Assembly: GCA_017555565.1 (NCBI GenBank)
Contig: JAFZGF010000061.1
Location: 14,431 to 78,430, forward strand
Length of the DNA stretch: 64,000 bases
Direction of reading: 5' to 3'
From: Oscillospiraceae bacterium
GTDB taxonomy: Bacteria > Bacillota > Clostridia > Oscillospirales > Ruminococcaceae
Shown here: positions 9,928 through 17,827 of the stretch, piece after piece
Layout of the letters: every line of letters begins with the position of its first letter
Position numbering within the stretch: the first letter of the stretch is position 1
Position numbers and translations under genes: made by a program
Notes under the pieces: model-generated
What the model was told of the DNA's origin: nothing
What the model saw: the letters and a program-made list of their open reading frames with translations, nothing else
Databases searched by the model: none

Positions 9928-11793
9928 TTATAAGTTGTTTTCGTTGATAAGTTTATATATGTCTTGTATTGCCAGCACATTGTTTCTGTCAGCTTGTTTA
10001 TAGTCCACATTGCCACCTGTTATTGCGTTTTCGCGCTGTGACAACGCGTCCAGCTCATCCCACGGAATAAGGCAGGCGTGCTGGCGGCTGGCTGTATCTT
10101 TGCCCACACGGATTTTGCCGTTGCCGCAAAGGGATTTTTCTTCTATAAACTGCTGTTCCCTGGCGGCATAAACATCATCCGGCATTTTTTCATATCCCAT
10201 TGCATAATGGAAAGCCATCCAGCGCAGGTGTTCTGTAACAGCCAGGTTTTCCAGCTGTGTGTCGGTCAGTGCCCACTGCTGTGCAGGGTTTTGGCCGGCT
10301 ATCAGAGCCATTGATGGCATAAAGTCAGCAGAAGCACGGCTGGACATACGGCTGAACCAGTCACACACCGCCCAGTTTTCCTGCGGCGTTTTGTCGTTTT
10401 TGCAATATCTGTTGTTCAGCGTGGTCGCCATATAATCTATTTTTCCGGTGCACAGTACATCGGTGGAAAATACAGGATACTGTTTTGGCGGAATGTTGCC
10501 GTCTGTCAGGCAGGTTATACCGCTGTAATCTGCCAGATAAACCTGGGCATCACTGCCTATTCTGGCGAGATAGCGGGTGATTTCTCCGCCGATTTCGTTG
10601 TTTGTTTTGTCACTGCCTGTGCAGATAACGATATAGTTCATATCGTCTTTTCTGGCCAGGATATAGTCGTACATACTGCGGCTGCGGCCGTCATAATCAT
10701 AGAATTTTATATTGTAGTTGTCTGTAAGGGAGCGGCAGGTGGCAGAGATATATCCGCTTACCTGCTCAAAATCCGGTGCAAAAACCGCCAGTGAAAATTC
10801 ACTGTCTTTAAACTGCCCATTCATAACCAGCTGTTTCATAACAGCCTGGCCCACCTGGCCAAAGCCGATCAGAACAGCTTCAAAATTTTCTGCAGCTGTG
10901 CAGTCTGTGGCAAAATCCATAGTTGCGGCAGGTGGGAAATGGTGCATCAGCAAACGGGCTGTAAGGCTGGCGGCGTCAAAAACAGTCACGTTTCCAAAGC
11001 CGTATTTATCCCCCAGAGCCTGCAGTGGCTCGGTGTGTAGCTCTTCTGTCCCCAGCATAACAAGATTTGTCTGGTTTGCAGGTATATGGGCTGTTTCCAG
11101 GGCATCTTTCAAAGCAAAGGCATATTTTATGTTTTTTGCCTCGTTTTTATGTAAAAGATAAAAATCATATTTTCTGTTTTTGCCCCTTATACCCAGACTG
11201 CGCAAAAAGCGTCTGTCAGGCCAGAGGGCGTTTTTGTCTTGTATTACAACACCGCCAAAAGAATTTATGGCGTTTTCCAGAGTAGAGGTCGCCTTATCGT
11301 CAACAAATACCAAATTGTTTTTGTTGTTTTCAGTCAGCTGTCGGCCAAAAGAAACGCTGTCCTCATTGATGCAGTAAATCAGCGAAAGATTGCCAAAGCA
11401 GGCCAGCCACAGACGCATACGGCGCAAAGCGCGGGTGCCGATAGCTGCAATGGCGGCGCTGGCGGTAGCGTACTGAGCCATAAAATGCACAGCCCAGAAA
11501 TACAGCACAGCGGCTTTTGATGCAAACAGCGGAGTACTGCTTACAATGGCAAAATCATTTTTGGAAACAAACATCCCCCACACAGCCATAACGCTGCGCA
11601 GAATTGCCAGGGGTGGGTTGTCAGCAAAGGCTATACCATAACCATAGCTGTATATAAACAGTCCGGAGATACCTGCCCAGGCAATGCAGAATCCCGTTAT
11701 CTTTGCGGAATTTTCCTTCTTCATTGCCAGATTAAGAATTATAGCCAGAAAAAGCACACCTGTAAAAAGTGCCACCATTGTAATACCAAACAT
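9928..11793 (-). CDS. Polytopic membrane protein with Rossmann (TrkA-N/RCK-like) domain and C-terminal RyR domain
   Basis: The N-terminal ~130 aa are hydrophobic helices with no K+ filter. A GxGxxG motif is present (VLIGFGQVGQAV). The C-terminal TEHLRWMAFHYAMGY...RQHACLIPWDELD is RyR-domain-like. There is an 11-nt gap to the K+ channel gene. Confidence 0.75.
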   Translation of the reverse strand: MFGITMVALFTGVLFLAIILNLAMKKENSAKITGFCIAWAGISGLFIYSYGYGIAFADNPPLAILRSVMAVWGMFVSKNDFAIVSSTPLFASKAAVLYFWAVHFMAQYATASAAIAAIGTRALRRMRLWLACFGNLSLIYCINEDSVSFGRQLTENNKNNLVFVDDKATSTLENAINSFGGVVIQDKNALWPDRRFLRSLGIRGKNRKYDFYLLHKNEAKNIKYAFALKDALETAHIPANQTNLVMLGTEELHTEPLQALGDKYGFGNVTVFDAASLTARLLMHHFPPAATMDFATDCTAAENFEAVLIGFGQVGQAVMKQLVMNGQFKDSEFSLAVFAPDFEQVSGYISATCRSLTDNYNIKFYDYDGRSRSMYDYILARKDDMNYIVICTGSDKTNNEIGGEITRYLARIGSDAQVYLADYSGITCLTDGNIPPKQYPVFSTDVLCTGKIDYMATTLNNRYCKNDKTPQENWAVCDWFSRMSSRASADFMPSMALIAGQNPAQQWALTDTQLENLAVTEHLRWMAFHYAMGYEKMPDDVYAAREQQFIEEKSLCGNGKIRVGKDTASRQHACLIPWDELDALSQRENAITGGNVDYKQADRNNVLAIQDIYKLINENNL

Positions 11794-12019
11794 AAACTGC
11801 CTCTATATATACATATTAATGTATTTTCAGTATAACAAAATTTTCGGGTTAACTCAATAAAATATAATGGTGACAATGCAAGAAGATTTAGAAAGATAAA
11901 TTTCGTTGTACAACATTACTAAAATTATACAATATATACTATACAAAATGCTGAAAATGCAATTTGATATTGCAATTTAAACAAATCGTGAAATTAGACA
12001 AAAAATATTTAAAAAAATT

Positions 12020-12048
12020 GTTGACATTAGCTAAAAGCTGTGGTAATA
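12020..12048 (+). promoter_or_regulatory. Sigma-A type promoter of the candidate ncRNA
   Basis: TTGACA (12020-12025), a 17-nt spacer, then TAATAT (12043-12048) preceded by TGG (extended -10 like). Confidence 0.5.
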
Positions 12049-12054
12049 TATCTA

Positions 12055-12663
12055 ACGTTGCCGAGAGATATGGCAAACGGGAAGAAGCCGAAAGGCAGAA
12101 ACCTGAAGCTGAGTAACCCGAACCTGAACGCGCAAGCGAAGGGGAGAAGGCCAAGACCCGCAAGGGAGGGCCGAGGCGCTGAGGTAGCCACTGTGAGGCG
12201 AGACAGCGAGCGGAGAAAGGAAGCGCAGTAAGCTGAGTACCAGAATCTGAAGGACGGCATGGCAACAGGCCGGCCAGAAGAGGAAGAGCGAGGGAGCCGC
12301 AAGGCGAACGGACAGCACCGAAGGAACCGCCGACAGGGGAGAACGGGAAGAAGGGAAAAGGAAGACGGAAGGCTGAGTAGTCAGAACCGAGGGTCAGCGG
12401 ACGAAAGAAAGCCAAAACAGCGGAGGTCAGAAAGCGGAAAGGAAGCGGCGATAAGCTGTGGAATGGATGGCCCAGAGAAAGCCGAAAGGCAAGGGTGAGT
12501 CGGGTGAAGCATCTGCAGAGATTGAATCCGGCGGAAGACGAAATGAAATTGCAGACGAAACTATTCGTTGAGCAGTGAGTTGAGGTCGCAAGACTGAAAC
12601 CACCGCTTGATGGAGAGTGGAGATAGATAAAGTAGCTTTGACTGTAAGGTCAAGGCTTTTTTT
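12055..12663 (+). ncRNA. Candidate large (~600 nt) structured ncRNA, strongly purine-rich, class not identified
   Basis: It is bounded by a near-consensus promoter and an intrinsic terminator. Stops occur in all frames, and the only ORFs give low-complexity R/G/E/K text. At least six minimal hairpins are capped by GNRA tetraloops: gcc-GAAA-ggc 12086-12095, cgc-GCAA-gcg 12128-12137, ccc-GCAA-ggg 12156-12165 (extended by ggcc/ggcc at 12148-51/12168-71), gcc-GCAA-ggc 12295-12304, gcc-GAAA-ggc 12480-12489, gtc-GCAA-gac 12584-12593. GCTGAGTA recurs at 12107, 12231 and 12371, with the variant GCTGAGGTA at 12177. Confidence 0.5.
12633..12663 (+). terminator. Intrinsic terminator ending the candidate ncRNA
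   Basis: Stem agctttgac / gtcaaggct (one G-U pair), loop tgtaag, followed by a T-run at 12656-12662. Confidence 0.65.
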
Positions 12664-12707
12664 GTTTTTATAGGTTCTTAACAATATTAAATTATGACAA
12701 ATTAAAA

Positions 12708-12741
12708 ACTCCTGTTCAGTTAAGAACAGGGGTTGATTATT
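12708..12741 (+). terminator. Second terminator-like hairpin
   Basis: Stem ctcctgttc / gaacagggg (9 bp, one G-U pair), then ttgattatttt. Confidence 0.45.
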
Positions 12742-12885
12742 TTCTAACATAAATGTACTGCTTGAGAACGGTGTGTTCTCTTTCTATAAAACATTTTGCA
12801 CAACATAATAAGCAGTGCCATAGATAAAATGTTACATATATCATAGAAACAAGATAATGCATCAATTTACTGAAGACGTAAGTTG

Positions 12886-12913
12886 TTGACATTATTATAT
12901 CGTAGTGTAAAAT
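12886..12913 (+). promoter_or_regulatory. Promoter of the MBOAT/glycosylation operon
   Basis: TTGACA (12886-12891), a 16-nt spacer, then TAAAAT (12908-12913), about 70 nt upstream of the MBOAT start. Confidence 0.45.
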
Positions 12914-12982
12914 ATTATATAAGATAGTTATAGTACATATTAATAATATAAAATAGAATTAGAAAAATACAAGAGGGTTATA

Positions 12983-14449
12983 ATGGAAGTAAACTCTATC
13001 AGTTTTTTTGCTTTCCTTGGGCTGAGTTCAGTTATATACAGGTATACAAAAAAAGATAATGCGGCAATAATGCTGATTGCCGTATGCAATATATTGTTTT
13101 ATTTATCAGGAGGACGGATGTATATTCCGGTGCTCCTTTTTGTCGTTGGGGCATCATATCTGGCTGCTATTCACGTTGAAAAATGTAAAGAGTCAGATAA
13201 AAAACCTCATATGGGCATTGTAATAATTCTGCTTTTGTCCCTGCTGTTGTTTTTTAAATATTATAATTTTGCGGCAGGTATTATAAATTCTGTATTCTCA
13301 CTTATAGGCGTTAAATTATCAGTTTCAAAACACAGCCTTGTATGGCCCCTTGGAATCAGTTTTTTCACTTTTACTGCCATAGGTTATGTAATAGATGTAT
13401 ATCTGAACACCACAAAGGCCAACAGGGATTTTGTAAAGCATATCGCGTTTGTGGGCTTTTTCCCTACAATTTCTTCAGGGCCTATAATGAGGTTCAATGA
13501 TTTTGACGCCCAGCTGAAAATGCCACGCAGCTTTGATTATGAGCAGGTATGTGCGGGTATGACACGTATGCTTTGGGGCTTTGTAAAAAAACTGGTTATT
13601 GCAGACAATATCGGAAAGATTGTTGACAGTATCTATTCGTCTTATAGTGATATGCCGGCGCCGTTCCTTATTTTTGCCGCATTGCTTTACACAATGCAGA
13701 TTTATGCAGACTTTTCAGGTTATTCTGAAATCGCAGTGGGTGCAGCCCAGGTTATGGGTATAAAAGTAAAGGAAAACTTTATGCGCCCTTTCCTTGCACA
13801 GAATTATAGTGATTTCTGGGCAAGATGGCACATATCTCTTACTACATGGTTTAAAGACTATGTATTTATTCCGCTTTCTTTCAACTTCAGACAGCTGGGA
13901 TTATTCAGCCTGTTTATAATTTATCCTATCAGCGGCATATGGCATGGTGCTGGTTGGTCATATATTATCTGGGGTGTACTCAATGGCCTTTTCCTGGTTT
14001 TTGCCAAGAAAACTGCAAAGAAAAGAAGAAAACTGGCAAAATCCAACCCATTTTACAAAAACCGGACTGTAAAGCATATTATTCAGTCTGCAATAGTGTA
14101 TGTGTTGTTTACGGTGACTCTGATATTTTTCAGACTGACAGATATAACCGCGGCTCTTTCAGTTTTTGCAGGTATGTTCAAAGGATGGACAAGTATTATG
14201 AACATTCCATATGTGATTTCTACCCTTAAATCCATAGGGATCGGCACTGTGTCAGGGTTGCTTCTTGTTTTCAATATGGCATTGCTTTTAGTGGTAGAAT
14301 TGAAAGAAGAAAAGGGCAAAACACATATATCAGAGATTATCCGCAATATGAAGCCTGCTGGAAGGATATCAGTCTATTATGGATTATTAATACTGATTAT
14401 TTTATTCGGAAACATGGCGCGGTCAAGCTATATTTATAACGCATTTTAG
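12983..14449 (+). CDS. MBOAT-family membrane O-acyltransferase (AlgI/DltB-like)
   Basis: Polytopic membrane protein of ~490 aa. It carries the MBOAT signature around the catalytic His (FWARWHISLTTWFKDYVFIPL) and the FFPTISSGPI segment. Confidence 0.85.
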   Translation: MEVNSISFFAFLGLSSVIYRYTKKDNAAIMLIAVCNILFYLSGGRMYIPVLLFVVGASYLAAIHVEKCKESDKKPHMGIVIILLLSLLLFFKYYNFAAGIINSVFSLIGVKLSVSKHSLVWPLGISFFTFTAIGYVIDVYLNTTKANRDFVKHIAFVGFFPTISSGPIMRFNDFDAQLKMPRSFDYEQVCAGMTRMLWGFVKKLVIADNIGKIVDSIYSSYSDMPAPFLIFAALLYTMQIYADFSGYSEIAVGAAQVMGIKVKENFMRPFLAQNYSDFWARWHISLTTWFKDYVFIPLSFNFRQLGLFSLFIIYPISGIWHGAGWSYIIWGVLNGLFLVFAKKTAKKRRKLAKSNPFYKNRTVKHIIQSAIVYVLFTVTLIFFRLTDITAALSVFAGMFKGWTSIMNIPYVISTLKSIGIGTVSGLLLVFNMALLLVVELKEEKGKTHISEIIRNMKPAGRISVYYGLLILIILFGNMARSSYIYNAF

Positions 14450-14458
14450 GGAGGAAAT

Positions 14459-15520
14459 ATGAAAAAAGTTTTAAAATCAGCTTTTGTTTTTCTTCCATTG
14501 GTAATTCTGGTTTTTGTGGTCAATATTTATGCCGACCCAGCCAGCCTGATAAACAAAACAGTAGAAAAACAGATTGCCCAGGCATTTTTAGACGGCCATA
14601 ATGCGGAAGATGTCCTTACAATAGATGACAGGGCAATGATAGAATTTTATTTTGAATTAAGAGAAGATCCTGTTGATTGTCTTGTGCTGGGGGCGTCCCG
14701 CGGTATGCAGATTTCAGCGGAAACTACCGGCATAGCAAATTCTTTTAATGCAGGTGTGACAGGCGCAGAATTCAGGGATATGGTGTCTGTCTACTATATG
14801 TATAAAGAAAAAAATAATGCGCCTGAAAATGTTATCCTGGTTCTGGAACCATGGACAGTATCCGAAACATATATCAGCAAAAGATGTATTACCAAAGGGT
14901 ACTATGATTTTTGCGAAGAGAATAATTTTACTGCTGTAAAAACCAACAACATAAAGTCTGAATTTGAGAAATGGCGCGAAATGTTCAGCATAGGTTATTT
15001 TCAGCAATCTATAAACCCTGTATTTTCAGGTGATTTCAATCTGAAAAAAGCAATGAAGGCAACCGATGAGTTTTATGGCGAAGATGATATCCGACACTGG
15101 GATGGCAGCTATTCTTATGGATACGCTTACAGAAATATGACTGAAGTGGAAAAACGGGCTGGCTTAAATGATGTGAAAACAAGTGTGCCAGACCTGATAA
15201 AAAATTATGTTTATAGTGAAAATCTGGCACACCAGCTGGATACCTTTGTTGCAAAGCTTGTCGAAGATGGCGTGAATGTAACATTTTTTATTCCACCAAT
15301 ACTGCCTGAATACTATGAGTTTGTTGTAAACAGCACCGAATACGGGAAGTGCTTTACAGATACCTGGGCATTGTATACTGGCATTGCAGATAAATACAAC
15401 ATTCAGATAATTGGCAGTTACAACCCTGTGGGATTGGCCGCAGCAAACTTTTATGATGTTTTACACCCGACCTATGAATATGTGCACCAACTTTTCGCAC
15501 CATTCAGGGAAGAAAGGTAA
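14459..15520 (+). CDS. Membrane-anchored extracytoplasmic partner of the MBOAT (DltD/AlgJ-like role inferred)
   Basis: GGAGG RBS. A single N-terminal TM anchor (FVFLPLVILVFVVNIY). It starts 10 nt after the MBOAT gene, the position where DltD/AlgX/PatB-type acyl-transfer partners normally sit. Sequence similarity to those families was not verifiable by eye. Confidence 0.45.
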   Translation: MKKVLKSAFVFLPLVILVFVVNIYADPASLINKTVEKQIAQAFLDGHNAEDVLTIDDRAMIEFYFELREDPVDCLVLGASRGMQISAETTGIANSFNAGVTGAEFRDMVSVYYMYKEKNNAPENVILVLEPWTVSETYISKRCITKGYYDFCEENNFTAVKTNNIKSEFEKWREMFSIGYFQQSINPVFSGDFNLKKAMKATDEFYGEDDIRHWDGSYSYGYAYRNMTEVEKRAGLNDVKTSVPDLIKNYVYSENLAHQLDTFVAKLVEDGVNVTFFIPPILPEYYEFVVNSTEYGKCFTDTWALYTGIADKYNIQIIGSYNPVGLAAANFYDVLHPTYEYVHQLFAPFREER

Positions 15521-15538
15521 TTTACTTGAGGAACACAA

Positions 15539-17827
15539 ATGATTAAAAACGAAAAAAAATATATAGCGTATGCTTTTTTCTTAAATTTGATACTTGGTAT
15601 TCTTCTTGTATATATAGGGTTTGCCATGGGAGATGGTACATTTTATCAGGGGCCTGATTACAATTACCAGCAGATTCCTTTTAATGCTCTGGCAAGAAAA
15701 AGTGTTTTAAGCGGCAACTTCTGGTGGTTGGATAATTTTGAACTAGGCACAAGTTTTATAGGTGCTCTCAGTTTTTATGTAATAGGAAGCCCTTTCTTTT
15801 GGATCAGTTTTTTGATTCCAAACCCGAATTATTCAGTTGTTATACCTTGTATGCTGGCTTTGAAATTTGCAGTGGCTGGTACAGGTGCATATTGTTATAT
15901 AAAACAGTATGTCAAAAAACCAGAATGGGCGTTGATTGCCAGTATGCTTTATGCATTTTCTGGGTATCAGCTGACAAATATAAACTATAATCACTTTCAC
16001 GATGTAACAGCATTATTTCCTTTTTTGCTACTTGCTCTCGATAAAAATGTAAAAGATGACAAAAAAGGCTGGTTTGCCTTTATGGTGGCGGTCATGTGTC
16101 TGACTAGTTATTTCTTTTTTGTAGGAGTAGTAGTATTTCTGGTTATTTATTTTGCTGTCAAGTTGGCAACAAAAGAATATAGGTTAACGACAAAACTTTT
16201 TATTAGACTTGCCATAGAAAGCATACTTGGCGTTGGTATGGCTATGATTTTACTGCTGCCGAATATCTTCTTCGTTCTGGAAAATCCACGTGTATCGGAC
16301 AGCATTTTTAGCATGCCTATTATGCAAATACTGTTTCTAAAACCATATCAGTATGCAGATCTTCTTCGAGCATCGCTTATACCTGCAGAAAGTATTTTTA
16401 AACGTGGAATTATTCTTGAAATGAATCCTACAGCCAGCGAAATGTACTTACCGGTGGTAGGACTAATACCGACATTTTCATATATGATAAATCACAAAAA
16501 AGACTGGTTAACAAAATTAAGTTTTGTTTGTCTTGTGTTTATGATAAATCCTGTGTTGAATAGCAGTTTTTCCATGTTTAATAGTGAGTACTATACACGA
16601 TGGTTCTATATGCCTTTATTGATTTTTACCGTAATGGCTGCGAAACATTTTGAAAATAAAAACAGCATTAAGCCAGGTATGGTCGTGTGGTTTGTTGTTG
16701 TATTGCTGTTTTTTGGCGCAAGCTTGATGTGGAAATATTATTTTCAGGTTGAATTTTGGCCAAATAGATTGCAGGCATTTGTTATGATCGTCCTGGCTTT
16801 GGTAGGTGTTGGCACAACTATGCTTGTTTATGCCTTAAGAAATAAAAAGTTTGCGGGTGTATTACTGGTTATTGCAATAATGGTGCAGACAGTTGCCTGC
16901 TTTACAATAGATACCTATTACACACACAAATATTGGGATTCAGGTTATGACAGCGCACGGAAATTCTTCAATGATGTACCGGGAGTTTTATACCCTGATG
17001 CCGATGAATACTATCGCACTGAGACAAAGGATATTTTTATAAATACCGGTGTTGTTTCGGACAAACCGTCTGCCAATATATTTGCCAGCAATATCAGCGG
17101 GAGCGTGTTTGAGTTTTATAAAGCCAATGAAATGGCCCGTTCTGTGAACAGCTTTCTTTCCCGAGATTTTTACGGCTTTTATAGTCTGCTGGGGGTTAAA
17201 TATATGATGCTGCCTCAAGGAGCTGTTCCTGGAGAAAATACAAAAGGATTTTCTGATAAGGCAGTATGGAATGATACGGGCTTTGATTTTTACGAAAATA
17301 TAAACTATATAGGCATGGGCTTTGCTTATGACAATGCAATCTCTGCTGACGAGTATGCGAAGCTTCCGAAAGAGAAAAAACACCTTGTTTCTGTGGATGC
17401 TATTGTTCTTGAAGACGATACGATGTCACTTTATAATAACCTTTTTACTATAAAAACAGCAAAGGATTATTCCGGGTTTGAATACGGTGATTTTCAGCTT
17501 TCAGCACAGAATAAACAGTCATCACGGGCAAGTAACTTTCTGTTTGACAGAAATCATTATGAATTTGACATCAACCTGGAAAAAGAAACCGTTTATTATG
17601 TGGCTGTTCCTTATGACAAAGGCTTCACCGCAATGGTAAATGGCACAAAAACAAATGTAATAAAAGTAAACAATGGGATGGTGGGCATAGTGCTTCCGGC
17701 GGGAGAATGCAGTGTACAACTGATATATTACCCACCGGGATTAAATGCAGGTATAGCTGTTTCTGCATTAAGCTTATTTATGTATTTTGGATATATAATT
17801 TTAAACAGGAGAAAGAAAAATGGATAA
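15539..17827 (+). CDS. YfhO-like large polytopic membrane protein (GT-C type glycosyltransferase candidate)
   Basis: 762 aa with many TM helices, followed by a C-terminal soluble domain and a final TM helix. This is the architecture of YfhO-family proteins. The local context (MBOAT, GT-C paralogs) is consistent. Confidence 0.55.
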   Translation: MIKNEKKYIAYAFFLNLILGILLVYIGFAMGDGTFYQGPDYNYQQIPFNALARKSVLSGNFWWLDNFELGTSFIGALSFYVIGSPFFWISFLIPNPNYSVVIPCMLALKFAVAGTGAYCYIKQYVKKPEWALIASMLYAFSGYQLTNINYNHFHDVTALFPFLLLALDKNVKDDKKGWFAFMVAVMCLTSYFFFVGVVVFLVIYFAVKLATKEYRLTTKLFIRLAIESILGVGMAMILLLPNIFFVLENPRVSDSIFSMPIMQILFLKPYQYADLLRASLIPAESIFKRGIILEMNPTASEMYLPVVGLIPTFSYMINHKKDWLTKLSFVCLVFMINPVLNSSFSMFNSEYYTRWFYMPLLIFTVMAAKHFENKNSIKPGMVVWFVVVLLFFGASLMWKYYFQVEFWPNRLQAFVMIVLALVGVGTTMLVYALRNKKFAGVLLVIAIMVQTVACFTIDTYYTHKYWDSGYDSARKFFNDVPGVLYPDADEYYRTETKDIFINTGVVSDKPSANIFASNISGSVFEFYKANEMARSVNSFLSRDFYGFYSLLGVKYMMLPQGAVPGENTKGFSDKAVWNDTGFDFYENINYIGMGFAYDNAISADEYAKLPKEKKHLVSVDAIVLEDDTMSLYNNLFTIKTAKDYSGFEYGDFQLSAQNKQSSRASNFLFDRNHYEFDINLEKETVYYVAVPYDKGFTAMVNGTKTNVIKVNNGMVGIVLPAGECSVQLIYYPPGLNAGIAVSALSLFMYFGYIILNRRKKNG

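Noticed and set aside
12055-12663. Naming the candidate ncRNA as ROOL, GOLLD or another known large RNA
   Set aside because: Size class and host group are compatible, but I cannot recall or verify the consensus sequences. The class is left open pending an Rfam/Infernal scan.
11939-12750. ORFs across the purine-rich region (11939..12415 -, 12040..12231 +, 12259..12498 +, 12427..12750 -)
   Set aside because: Plus-strand translations are R/G/E/K low-complexity runs, and minus-strand ones are S/L/P/F runs. None has a convincing RBS, and the frames are broken by stops. The region is better explained as a promoter-to-terminator ncRNA unit.
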